A stretch of 61,916 nt of DNA, filler included, from Anaerolineae bacterium (lineage in GTDB: Bacteria > Chloroflexota > Anaerolineae > Epilineales > Epilineaceae), in assembly GCA_029262755.1 (NCBI GenBank). It is 4 parts of 4 records of this genome, joined end to end, with 100 filler letters (N's around TTAATTAATTAA, not from the genome) between each part and the next. Parts side by side here need not be neighbours in the genome. Positions count along the whole stretch, not along the records: positions 30,180 to 41,342 come from JAJCYU010000019.1; positions 41,443 to 53,117 come from JAJCYU010000020.1; 2 more parts are not named here. One strand, given 5' to 3'. Numbering within the stretch: the first letter of the stretch is position 1; every line of letters begins with the position of its first letter. The notes under the pieces were generated by a model. That model was not told where the DNA came from. It saw only the letters and a list, made by a program, of their open reading frames with translations, and did no database searches. A program made the translations under genes and the position numbers. Positions 34,166 through 43,580 of this stretch are shown in pieces.

Positions 34166-35833
34166 CTAGCGCAGCGAGCTGGGCAGGATGCCCATCTGCT
34201 TGCGGTACTTGGCCACCGTACGACGAGCGATGGGAAAGCCGCGGACCGTGAGCAGCGCGACGAGCTGCTGATCGGTCAGCGGCTTTTCCTCTTCGTCGAC
34301 CAGCTCGCGCAGGACGTCGTGCACCCGCAGGGCCGGTGTGAAGAACGTGGCGTAGGGGACCACCTGGCGATTGGGCAGCATGACCCACTTGCCCGCGGTG
34401 GCGCGGCTGATCGTGGACTCGTGCAGGTCGAGCGCCTCGGCGACCTCCGCGCGGGTCAGCGGCCGCAGGTAGCGCGGACCACGACGCAGGAACTCGACCT
34501 GACGACGCACGACGTAGGCCGTGACCTTGTTCATGGTCTGCCGACGCTCGCGGATGTGGGTCATGAATTGGCGCGCCCGCTCCACCTGGCCACGTACGTA
34601 TTCGCGCTCGTCCGTGCTGACCGCGGCGTGGGCGCTTGTCGCCGCCGGCTGATCGCCGCGGACCGAGGACTCTTCGCGCCGACGATCGTTTCCGTCGTCC
34701 CCGCCCTCTGTATCATCGGCGTCGTCGCCCTCGTCCTCGTCATCATCGTCGTCGCTACCCACGCCAAGGTCACGCAGTAGGCCGTCCTCGGCACCGTGCA
34801 GGCCCGCTTCCACGTCCTCGGCGTCGTCGTCCGCGCTGGAGAGGCCCTCGGGACCAAAGCCGCCGTTCTCGTCCTCCTCGTCGTCGTCGTCGATGGTGAC
34901 AAGGCCCGCGTCGCCGCCTTCGGCGAGGTCGCGGTAGACCGGGTTGAGCGAAAGGCCGTAGCGCCGAGAGCCGACAACCTCGATGCGGTAGCCTTCCTCG
35001 ACTTCGCGGATGATCACGTCCGGAGCCGATAGCGCAGCGCCCGATTCACGCTCCCACGGATCATGGTCACCGCGTTCCGAGATGGGGTAGGGCCGCAGGT
35101 GGCTGCGGATAAAATCGCGGGCGTCGATGATCGCATCGTAATCGACGCCCAGCGCCTGGGCGATCTGGGAATACTGGCCGCGGCCTAGGGCGTCGAGGTG
35201 TCCCTCGATGATGGGCCCCGCCAGCGAATGCCCCTCGCCGATGGCCTCCCACCGGTCGAGTTGTAGCCGCAGGCACTCCTGCGTGGAGCGTGCGCCGACA
35301 CCGAGCGGTCCGACGTCTTGCAAGGCGCGAAGGACCGTCTCGACGCGCAGCACCGCGACGTCGAGCGACGCCGCAACGCGCGAGACCGGCATATCCAGGA
35401 AGCCGCGATCGTCGAGCTCACCGACGAGGAATTCAGCGATCGCCATGTCCTCGTCCGCCACGACCGAGCCCAACTCGACGAGCAGGTGCTCGGGCATCGT
35501 CTGTTGGTCGGCGACGGTGCGCCAGACGTCCAGGATGTCGTCGTTGTCGGGATCTTCGAGCACCTGCTTGGCCGCCGCGTCGGCCAGCGAGTCGCCGCGC
35601 CGACAGCGGTAGCATGAGCCGTCGCGCAGCAGCACGTCGCCGCAGGCGGGACAGCGCTCGACCTCGCGCACCTCGAGCGCCGGATTCTCGCTGAGCGCTT
35701 GCTCGATGAGGGTTTCGAGCTCCTGGCCGGTCATCTGCAGGATCTCGGTGAACTGGATCAGGCTGGGCGATGGCCGTTGCGACATACGCTGCTGCTGGCC
35801 GAAGCCCATCCCCATGCCCCCGGACATTCCCAT
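34166..35833 (-). CDS. rpoN: RNA polymerase sigma-54 factor
   Basis: Gln-rich region I, ENPALE, LHESTISRA HTH and RpoN box ARRTVAKYR. Confidence 0.93.
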   Translation of the reverse strand: MGMSGGMGMGFGQQQRMSQRPSPSLIQFTEILQMTGQELETLIEQALSENPALEVREVERCPACGDVLLRDGSCYRCRRGDSLADAAAKQVLEDPDNDDILDVWRTVADQQTMPEHLLVELGSVVADEDMAIAEFLVGELDDRGFLDMPVSRVAASLDVAVLRVETVLRALQDVGPLGVGARSTQECLRLQLDRWEAIGEGHSLAGPIIEGHLDALGRGQYSQIAQALGVDYDAIIDARDFIRSHLRPYPISERGDHDPWERESGAALSAPDVIIREVEEGYRIEVVGSRRYGLSLNPVYRDLAEGGDAGLVTIDDDDEEDENGGFGPEGLSSADDDAEDVEAGLHGAEDGLLRDLGVGSDDDDDEDEGDDADDTEGGDDGNDRRREESSVRGDQPAATSAHAAVSTDEREYVRGQVERARQFMTHIRERRQTMNKVTAYVVRRQVEFLRRGPRYLRPLTRAEVAEALDLHESTISRATAGKWVMLPNRQVVPYATFFTPALRVHDVLRELVDEEEKPLTDQQLVALLTVRGFPIARRTVAKYRKQMGILPSSLR

Positions 35834-35834
35834 G

Positions 35835-37310
35835 TCAGGCCGTCCCCTCCGTGGCGTTGACGGGCGTTCCGTCCCGCTCGGTTCCCTCGTGCAGCGCGCG
35901 ATCCAGTCGATGGACGTCGATCCCAAGCCGCGACGCCGCCGCGTCCCTATCGCCGTTCGCGGCGCTGAGCGCGGCGCGCGCGATATCGCGTTCGACGTGG
36001 GCCAACAGCGTATCGAGGGGCGCGCCCGTGCCGAGCATGCCGTCCGCGTCGATCGACGCGCCCACCGCAGCGCCGGTCGCGCCGGGGCCGGTCCCGTGGC
36101 CGAGGGATCCGCCGGCGGCCAGGCCCAAACCCTCGTCCAGGTCGAGCTCGTCCGCGCCGATGACGCCGTCGGCCGAGAGCACGACGGCGCGTCGGATCGC
36201 GTTCTCGAGCTGGCGCACGTTGCCGGGCCACCCATGTTCCAGGAAGCGCGTCATGGCACCCTCGCTCACCTTGACCGGCGGCGCGCCCGGCGACGGGCGA
36301 TAGCGCTCCAGGAAGTGGGCGACGAGACCGGGTATGTCGTCGCGGCGCTCGCGTAGCGGCGGCAGGCTCACCCGTACCACGTTGAGACGGTAGTAGAGGT
36401 CTTCGCGGAAGCGATTGTCAGCCACCGCCCGCTCGAGGTCGATGTTCGTCGCCGCGATCACGCGCGCGTCCGTCTCGATGGTGGCCGAGCCGCCCACGCG
36501 CTCGAAGCGACCGAACTGCAGCACGCGCAGCAGCTTCTTCTGGGTCGTCGGCTCTAGCTCGCCGACCTCGTCCAAGAAGATCGTGCCCCCGTCGGCCAAC
36601 TCGAAGCGGCCCTTGCGCCGGTCGAGCGCGCCGGTGAAGGAGCCCTTCTCGTGGCCGAAGAGCTCGCTCTCCAACAACGTCTCCGGAAGGGCGGCGCAGT
36701 TGACGCGGATCAAAGGACCGTGGCGCCGCGGCGAGCTGGAGTGGATCGACTCGGCGACCAACTCCTTGCCTGTGCCTGTCTCGCCGGTGATGAAGACCGG
36801 CACGTCGCTGCCGGCTACGCGTCCGATGAGCTTGTAGACCTCGAGCATCGCCGCGCTGCTGCCTACCATGCGCTCGCGCGCATCGCGGCCCGCCATCTCC
36901 TCTTGAAGGCTCTTGACCTCTGCCGACAGCCGCCGATGCTCCAAGGCGCGCTGCACGACGTGGAGCACAGGCTCCGGCTCAAGCGGCTTGACGAGGTAGT
37001 CGTAGGCACCGCCCTGAATCGCGCGGATCGTGCGCGAAGAGCTGGAATCTGCGGTGATCACGATCACCGGGACGTCGGCGTGGCCACGGATCGCCGCGAG
37101 CACGTCCAACCCGTCGCCGTCCGGCAGCCGCATGTCGAGCAGGACGAGGTCCGGCGAGTGTTCCTCGAAGGCTCGTTGGGCCTTTGCCTTGTTTTCCGCC
37201 TCGAAGACGATCGGAGGCTCCCCGCCTTCTTCGAGGGGATCGGCGAGGTATTCGCGCACGAGCTCGCGAATGGCGGGGTCGTCGTCGATGACGAGAATGG
37301 TGTGGGGCAT
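35835..37310 (-). CDS. Sigma-54-dependent response regulator (NtrC family: REC-AAA+-HTH)
   Basis: REC domain (DDD, LLDMRLP, KP), GETGTGKE, ESELFGHEKGSFTGA and WPGNVRQL. TATAAT at ~37340-37345 (minus strand). Confidence 0.95.
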   Translation of the reverse strand: MPHTILVIDDDPAIRELVREYLADPLEEGGEPPIVFEAENKAKAQRAFEEHSPDLVLLDMRLPDGDGLDVLAAIRGHADVPVIVITADSSSSRTIRAIQGGAYDYLVKPLEPEPVLHVVQRALEHRRLSAEVKSLQEEMAGRDARERMVGSSAAMLEVYKLIGRVAGSDVPVFITGETGTGKELVAESIHSSSPRRHGPLIRVNCAALPETLLESELFGHEKGSFTGALDRRKGRFELADGGTIFLDEVGELEPTTQKKLLRVLQFGRFERVGGSATIETDARVIAATNIDLERAVADNRFREDLYYRLNVVRVSLPPLRERRDDIPGLVAHFLERYRPSPGAPPVKVSEGAMTRFLEHGWPGNVRQLENAIRRAVVLSADGVIGADELDLDEGLGLAAGGSLGHGTGPGATGAAVGASIDADGMLGTGAPLDTLLAHVERDIARAALSAANGDRDAAASRLGIDVHRLDRALHEGTERDGTPVNATEGTA

Positions 37311-37374
37311 GAGCGGTTCTCCCGAGGGGTCCTGCTCCGATTATAACCCCTTGGCCGCTGCTACCATTGGGGCC

Positions 37375-38967
37375 ATGAGCGTCGCCGCCCGCAAGTCACG
37401 GGCCACCCGCACGGGTTCGCGTCCACATCGGCCTTTGCCGCCTACCCTCGACGGCCTCGCGCGCATCGCCGCGGACGCCCTCGGCGGCGACGCGGCGGCC
37501 ATCTATCTCGTCGATGCGGCGAAGGGCGACCTGGTGCTCACCGCAGGGCACGGCCTTCCGCCATCGGCCACCGGCCACCGTCTGGCGATGGGCGAAGGCC
37601 TGACCGGCCAGGTGGCGGACGAAGCACGCTCGCTGCTCAGCCAGGACGCCGCCCTCGACCCACGCTCCCTGCGGCGGCGATCGGATTGGGAGCTCGACCC
37701 GCCCGTGCGCGCCTATATCGGCGCTCCGCTACGCGCCGGTGGCAGCGTGCTCGGCGCGCTGGAGATCACGAGCCACCGTGCCGCCGCGTTCGACCCGGAA
37801 CAGCGCGGCCGAGCATCGATCCTCGCCGATGCCGCGGCCCTGCTCATCGAGCGCACGCGCTTGCTCGACCAGCCTCCGCCCGCCGCCCTGGCCGGCGGCT
37901 CGAGCGACACGCTCCACGAGCCCCTCGGCATTGCAACGCTCGATGTCCGACTACGGCTGAGCAGTGCCAGCCCGACCTTCTGCCACATGATCGGCCAGCC
38001 CGTCGAGGCCATCGTCGGACGGCCGGCGCTTTCCGTACTGCCCGCCCTCGGACATCCGGGCGCGCGGGATGCACTCGAAGCGGCATTGCATGGTGCGCCC
38101 GGTCACGCGGGCCGGATCCGCCTCGCGCCCAGACCGGGCGGCGGTGACGCGCAGGCCGTGGGCGTGTCGCTGATCCCGCTCGGCGATGCGGGCCGCGGCA
38201 TCGACGGCATCCTGCTCGTGCTGCAGGACGTGAGCGCACGCGCCCGCCTCGAAGGCGAGCTGCGCGCACAGAGCGATCGGGCCGTCGAGGCGCGCGATCG
38301 CCTGCGCTCGGTGATCGAGCTGGTGAGCCACGAGCTGCGTACGCCGCTGACCAGCGTGCTCGGCTTCGCGCGCCTGCTGGCCGATCGGCCGGATGCAGAC
38401 GCGGAGCGCCGGGGGCGATGGGCCGCCCAGGTCATCGACAAGGCACGGCTCATGGCCCGTCAGATCGACGAGGTGACCGACCTCGCGCGTCTTGGCAGCG
38501 TGGGTTTCTCGCTGCAGCGCGCGCCGCTGCACCTGGGTCCGCTCGCCCGCGAGGTGGCCGACGAGATCGGGGCGACCGTCTCACCATCGCCCGCCATCGA
38601 TCTCGTGATCGCGCCCGACCTGCCGCCGGTGCACGCAGACCGGGACCGCCTTGCCCAGGTCCTGCACAACCTCCTGGCCAACGCCGTGCGCCACGGCGGC
38701 GAGCCCGTGTTGCTCCGCCTGCGCGCCGACGCATCCACCCTCACGATCGAGGTCGCCGACCGGGGTGCAGGCGTTCCGGAGGACCAGGCGGAGGCCATCT
38801 TCGAACCCTTCGTCCGCTTGCGCGAAGGCGAGAACGCGACGCCGGGCACGGGCCTCGGCCTGCCCGTGTGCCGCGGCATCGTCGAAGCGCACGGCGGCAC
38901 GATCCGCTGCGAACAGCACGTGGGAGGCGGCGCTCTCTTCCGCATCACGCTGCCGCTTGAGGGGTAG
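37375..38967 (+). CDS. GAF-PAS sensor histidine kinase
   Basis: GAF (GEGLTG), PAS, SHELRTPL H-box, N-box NLLANA, DRGAG and GTGLGL. Confidence 0.92.
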   Translation: MSVAARKSRATRTGSRPHRPLPPTLDGLARIAADALGGDAAAIYLVDAAKGDLVLTAGHGLPPSATGHRLAMGEGLTGQVADEARSLLSQDAALDPRSLRRRSDWELDPPVRAYIGAPLRAGGSVLGALEITSHRAAAFDPEQRGRASILADAAALLIERTRLLDQPPPAALAGGSSDTLHEPLGIATLDVRLRLSSASPTFCHMIGQPVEAIVGRPALSVLPALGHPGARDALEAALHGAPGHAGRIRLAPRPGGGDAQAVGVSLIPLGDAGRGIDGILLVLQDVSARARLEGELRAQSDRAVEARDRLRSVIELVSHELRTPLTSVLGFARLLADRPDADAERRGRWAAQVIDKARLMARQIDEVTDLARLGSVGFSLQRAPLHLGPLAREVADEIGATVSPSPAIDLVIAPDLPPVHADRDRLAQVLHNLLANAVRHGGEPVLLRLRADASTLTIEVADRGAGVPEDQAEAIFEPFVRLREGENATPGTGLGLPVCRGIVEAHGGTIRCEQHVGGGALFRITLPLEG

Positions 38968-39043
38968 GAGCGGGAGCGAGCCAGAGAGTGCAGGGTGCGG
39001 GTTCAGCGGTCGCCGAACTCTGATGATTCAATGCGACCGAGTG

Positions 39044-40510
39044 CTACCGGCTCTGCGCCTCGCCGGGCAGGGGCCCGATGCGCAGATCGCCGGGCACGAG
39101 AGAGCGCGCTACGCCCTCGCTGTAGCCGTCCATGCTCCACCAATCGAGCGTTCCACCCGAGACGAGCGGACGCGCGCCGGCGTGATCGGACGAAGAACCG
39201 TACGAGCTGGTCCGCAGCACGTCCACCATGGGCTCCGCGCTTGCCGCAAGCGCTGCATCGTCGCCGGCGCCGAGGCTGAAGAGCTCGAGCTCGTAGATGG
39301 CGACATGGTCGAAGCCGTCCGTAATCTCATCGACGTAGATGACGACGCCATCGGCCTCCACGGGATCGACCCATGAGATCTTGTCGCGGCCGCCGTCGTT
39401 GTTCTCGATCCCGAAGCCACGGGGCAGGATGCCGCCGGCGCGGTAGAAGGCCACCCGGTACAGGCTGCCGAAGAGATCCTCGTCCCAATGGATCCGGATC
39501 TCGTTGAGCTGTACGGGTTGGTCACAGGTCACGACCAGATGCGGATTGTTCGCCCCGGGGGTCGAAGCCCAAGACGAGCTTGGGTCCGCATCGATGGCAC
39601 GCCACGGCTCGCGGCCCTTTTGCGACCCGACGGCGCGAGCGACGCAACCTAGAGCGAGGTTGGGCGTTTTTTCGCCGAAGACCTCCCACTCGGCCAGCGC
39701 GAAGCCGCCGCCCGGCATGTCGGGCTTGACCAGGTGCAGCAGGAGGAAGCGACCCTCCGCGCGCGGTATGGCCAGCGATTCGTTGGCCCCGCGGCCGTCC
39801 GGCCGGTAGGCCAGGCGCAGCCAATCTCCTTCCGCGCCCAGCATGTCGTCCCACACGTAGATCGAGTATTCGGTCGCGAACTGTTGGCCCCAGCGCAGCA
39901 CCATGCGGCTGAAGACTTCTTCGCGGCCAAGGTCGATGTAGGCCCACGCTGCGCGACCGGGCGGCACGCGCCACTCGGTCGCGGCATCACCGTCGGTCAG
40001 GGCGGTCGGCGGATAGCCGGGCACCCCATCGGCGGAAGCGATCACCTCCGCGCCCATGGCCAGGTTGCGCGGCGCCGCGGGGGGAGGCGTCGGGTTCGCG
40101 TCACCACAGGGCCGGGGCGAGATGCTCTGCAGATCGATGTAGTCGCCCATCCCCGCCTGGCAAGGCCGCATCACGCCGGTGATCTCGACTTCCTGCCCCA
40201 ATAGCGGCAGCACGTCGATCACGCCGGGTGTGTTGTACACGGCCACGTTGCCGCTGCCGTCGCACAACACGACGTGCAGCCCCGCGGGCGGACATCCAAT
40301 CCCGCCGTTTTGCAGCACGCCGCGCAGGGTCGTGATCTCCGGCGTTGGCGTGGCCTGCGCGAGAGGCGCGGCGGCAACGTGCGCCGACGCGGGCGCGAAG
40401 GGCAGCGCGGGCGCCGACGGCATCGCCAGCCCGGCGAGCAACGCGAGGCCCGTGGCCGATGCCACGAGCGCCGTCGTGCGCGCCGAGAGCACGCGGGCGC
40501 GCTCAGCCAT
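39044..40510 (-). CDS. Secreted protein with two discoidin (F5/8 type C) domains
   Basis: Signal peptide and two NLA.G...(A/L)xDGD..W...IDLG-type units. Confidence 0.8.
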   Translation of the reverse strand: MAERARVLSARTTALVASATGLALLAGLAMPSAPALPFAPASAHVAAAPLAQATPTPEITTLRGVLQNGGIGCPPAGLHVVLCDGSGNVAVYNTPGVIDVLPLLGQEVEITGVMRPCQAGMGDYIDLQSISPRPCGDANPTPPPAAPRNLAMGAEVIASADGVPGYPPTALTDGDAATEWRVPPGRAAWAYIDLGREEVFSRMVLRWGQQFATEYSIYVWDDMLGAEGDWLRLAYRPDGRGANESLAIPRAEGRFLLLHLVKPDMPGGGFALAEWEVFGEKTPNLALGCVARAVGSQKGREPWRAIDADPSSSWASTPGANNPHLVVTCDQPVQLNEIRIHWDEDLFGSLYRVAFYRAGGILPRGFGIENNDGGRDKISWVDPVEADGVVIYVDEITDGFDHVAIYELELFSLGAGDDAALAASAEPMVDVLRTSSYGSSSDHAGARPLVSGGTLDWWSMDGYSEGVARSLVPGDLRIGPLPGEAQSR

Positions 40511-41342
40511 CGGTCGACCGGCCGGTGGCGGGCGCGGGGTCAACGTCGGGGTCGATGTCGGGGTCGACGCCCGAGCCGACGTCCGAATCGACGTGCGAAT
40601 CAACGTCAACGTCGGCGTCGTTCCGCGCGGCGTCGTTCCGCGCATGGTCGTCGCGGTCGCGCTGCGCGCCGTCATTCTGTTCACCGCCGTGCTGCTCGCC
40701 GGCGTTCTGCTCGCCGTTCAGGCGGGGGACGATGTAGATGATCGTCGTGCCGACTGTTTCGTTGCCTTCGTTATCACGCAATGTCGCGCTCACGGTGGCG
40801 TAGACCTTCTCGACACCCTGGAGGCTGTTCGTCGCCTCGTACTCGGCGAAGCGCGCGTCGTCCGGATGATCGGGATGCGGCTCGCGGATCGTGCCGAGCG
40901 AGGCCAGCCATTCAACGGCCCAGCCCGGGGGCAGGGGCGCGTTCATCTCGAGCTGGCAGCGCGCGCGGCCGGCCGGCAGCAGCGTGTTGGGCGTGCACAC
41001 GACCTCGAGGGCCGTGGGCAGAACCGGTGACGTCGTGGCGGTCGGCAACGGCGTCGGATCGACCGCCGGCGGCGGCGTCGGCGGCGCGTTGGTCGGGAGA
41101 GCCGTCGGCTCGCTCGTCGGCGCAGCGGTCAGGGTCGGTTCGCCCGTCGGCGGTGCGGTGGTCGGCTGGGCGGGCGGCTCGGTCGTCGGAACCGTGGTGG
41201 CCGTCGGCGGCGCCTTCGTCGGCTCGGCGGTTGCCGGGTCCGGCTTCGGGCGCGATTCGCGGGTTGGTGGCGGGTTGGACGGTGCATCCGTAGGACCGGG
41301 GCCTGGTCCGGGCGCGGGCGGATCGCCGCCCGTGCCGCCGTC
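40503..41342 (-). CDS. Pro/Thr-rich hypothetical protein (5' truncated)
   Basis: The frame is open from the contig edge through a PT-rich linker, a small beta domain and an acidic repeat tail. Confidence 0.6.
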   Translation of the reverse strand, partial: DGGTGGDPPAPGPGPGPTDAPSNPPPTRESRPKPDPATAEPTKAPPTATTVPTTEPPAQPTTAPPTGEPTLTAAPTSEPTALPTNAPPTPPPAVDPTPLPTATTSPVLPTALEVVCTPNTLLPAGRARCQLEMNAPLPPGWAVEWLASLGTIREPHPDHPDDARFAEYEATNSLQGVEKVYATVSATLRDNEGNETVGTTIIYIVPRLNGEQNAGEQHGGEQNDGAQRDRDDHARNDAARNDADVDVDSHVDSDVGSGVDPDIDPDVDPAPATGRSTDG

Positions 41343-41442
41343 NNNNNNNNNNNNNNNNNNNNNNNNNNNNNNNNNNNNNNNNNNNNTTAATTAATTAANN
41401 NNNNNNNNNNNNNNNNNNNNNNNNNNNNNNNNNNNNNNNNNN
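41343..41442. other. Artificial contig spacer
   Basis: N run with TTAATTAATTAA. Confidence 0.99.
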
Positions 41443-41451
41443 GAGGCTTCG

Positions 41452-42366
41452 CTAGCCTCGCAGCCAGGCTGCAACAATTGCCCCTACGATTGCCGCGACC
41501 ACGGCGAATAGCCCTCCAATGATCGCCGCCCGTTCGTGGCTCGACGACATCCAGTTTCCACCCTCTTGACGCTCGGCCGAATCCGCCTTCCCGACTAAAT
41601 CACTGTCGCCACTAGACTCGGTCTGGTTGGCGAAGCTCCTCCGCTCAGCCTCTGCCGCATCACTCGACGATGCTGGGGTACTCTGGCCATCTCGCTCCCA
41701 AGCGGCGATTCGCAGCCCAGCCCTGTTCTCGGCCTCCACATCGGCTGAGGTCGATTCGGCGCCCCGCGCTAGGTCGTCGACAGGCCTGTCGCCTGCATTC
41801 CAGGCATCGTAGTCATTGTCAATGGCACCTGACCCGCCAGCCTGCTGCTCGCTGTTCGTGACAACTCTGTCATCGCGATTCCATGGAAGAAGCCTTAGCC
41901 CATGGCGCGAAGCTGTATCCGACTCATCCTCGCCGCCGGCGGAGTCGGGGGCGCCCTCGAATGCGGAGAGAAGCTCAATGTCATATTCGGACTGGACGGA
42001 CTCACGTGCCCATTCTGGTGCCACAATTGGACAGCGAATACTGCTGCAATCAGTGTGGTCACTGGTCGGGCAGCGGTAGCAAGAGAATGATCCGCGGCCT
42101 GGGCCCGGGAGCTGCACGTAAGTGATCTGACGGTGGCGGTCGTACGAAACAACGAAAGTCAGGCCACCATCCTTGCTGCCCCGTACTCGGGCTGCCAGGT
42201 TGTTCTCATCAAAGGAGACCGACTCGTTATGTGACAAGTATTTCGATGCCATGATCTGGCGGAGCTGGTCGTCATGGCTCGCACCATCACAGGCAGCGAG
42301 CACTGCCACGAGTACCAGTTGAGCCCCCAAACGCCATGCTACGGGTATTGTCTTGAGCCTGGCCAT
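41452..42366 (-). CDS. Hypothetical lipoprotein with C-terminal TM helix
   Basis: LAAC lipobox, CYRC-x7-C-x4-C cluster, low-complexity linker and terminal hydrophobic helix. Confidence 0.55.
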   Translation of the reverse strand: MARLKTIPVAWRLGAQLVLVAVLAACDGASHDDQLRQIMASKYLSHNESVSFDENNLAARVRGSKDGGLTFVVSYDRHRQITYVQLPGPGRGSFSCYRCPTSDHTDCSSIRCPIVAPEWARESVQSEYDIELLSAFEGAPDSAGGEDESDTASRHGLRLLPWNRDDRVVTNSEQQAGGSGAIDNDYDAWNAGDRPVDDLARGAESTSADVEAENRAGLRIAAWERDGQSTPASSSDAAEAERRSFANQTESSGDSDLVGKADSAERQEGGNWMSSSHERAAIIGGLFAVVAAIVGAIVAAWLRG

Positions 42367-42564
42367 GCTCGGTCCTTTTTCGGCATTGTCGCCAGCAACG
42401 CATTGTTACCGGCGATCGCCCGACTGACTGGCGTCAGTCTGGGTTGCCACGCTCGGTAAGCGGGCGGTTCATGGTTGCACGCTACGCTATCTGGGCCAAC
42501 CCGGCAACTTGGGCTTCCGGCCCACCTGAATGTTACCAGGAGGAGACGGTGGTCTTCGTCCACG

Positions 42565-43107
42565 CTACCTCTCGAAGCCGAGGCCGCGCTCTCTGAGACT
42601 CACGTATCCCCTTCGCGCAATGACAACATGGTCCAGCATGTCGATATCGAGAACCCTCCCGGCCTTGACTAGCTTCCCGGTGAGCCGGATGTCATCCGCA
42701 CTCGGACTTGGGTCGCCGGAGGGATGATTGTGAACCACCAGCAATCCTGGAGCCTGGTCGATGACTGCGGGCCGAAAGACCTCGGCCACGCGCACACCGG
42801 TCCCGGTGACCGTCCCTTGGTAGACCATTGGCGCGCTGATGAGCTGCTGGCGAACCGTGACCGTTGCCACGTGGAGCTGCTCTTGCTGCAGATCTGCCAC
42901 GAGCGGCCTGAAGTACCGATCAACTGCTGCAGGAGTGTCGAAGACGGGAGCTTCGTCGAGCGGGCGCCCAAGCCGTGGCTCGTAGAGACGCGAGGCCTCG
43001 GAGATTAGGTGCCGCATGGCATGCAAGAGCTGCACGTCCTCAGGAGCGATGAATGAGAGCTGAGACGGCTTGTACGGCGTTTCTTCGGTTGACATGATGA
43101 CAGGCAT
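42565..43107 (-). CDS. radC: RadC-like JAB-domain protein
   Basis: QEQL...VYQGTV...EVFRPA...HNHPSGDPSPSADD...LDHVVI...YVSLRE. Confidence 0.9.
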   Translation of the reverse strand: MPVIMSTEETPYKPSQLSFIAPEDVQLLHAMRHLISEASRLYEPRLGRPLDEAPVFDTPAAVDRYFRPLVADLQQEQLHVATVTVRQQLISAPMVYQGTVTGTGVRVAEVFRPAVIDQAPGLLVVHNHPSGDPSPSADDIRLTGKLVKAGRVLDIDMLDHVVIARRGYVSLRERGLGFER

Positions 43108-43178
43108 TACGCGGCAGTTGCGACGGCGTCCTCGCGCATCTCAGCGCCACTGCCGAAGAGCCTGATGCCGTTGGCTCA

Positions 43179-43464
43179 TCAGTACTCTATTGGCGTGAGC
43201 AGCGTAGTCGCTGAACGATCCGCTTAAGTAATCACCCACACCCTCACCGCGGTCGGCAGATCGTAGGCCGAGAAGAGACGCCCCCCCTTCTCTAGGGCCG
43301 ACTCATTGGCAGCCCAGTCCTCTTCGCAAAGATCACCCCAGTCACCTGCCTGGTGCCGATGGAACAGCGTGATAGGTGCCACTTCGGCAACCGCACACTC
43401 ACTCATGCATTGCACCAGGTGTTGCTAGCAAACGGCCCATCGCAAGCAATGGACCGTTCTCCAC
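43179..43464 (-). pseudogene. Decayed small MGE-associated protein (GDWGD/EADRS family)
   Basis: Reads LATPGA...RHQAGDWGDLCEED..ANE.AL..GGRLFSAY...WVIT*ADRSATTLL..EY, with a 4-nt duplication at 43397-43404 and TAA at 43224-43226. Confidence 0.8.
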
Positions 43465-43580
43465 ATCTTCTTTGGTGCATTTAGCACGTTCTAACATACA
43501 ACACAATTCTACAACTACGGAGTGGCGATCTCAACCCCCATGCTTGGGAGCGCCATTCACTGACTTCTAGCGGAGCTATC

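Noticed and set aside
35834..36235. Upstream extension of rpoN (and similarly of the ORFs starting at 37030, 40684 and 58210)
   Set aside because: These overlap real neighbouring genes and are open only because stops are rare in high-GC DNA.
36631..36660. GSFTGA instead of GAFTGA in the activator
   Set aside because: This is a common natural variant that retains the key F-T residues.
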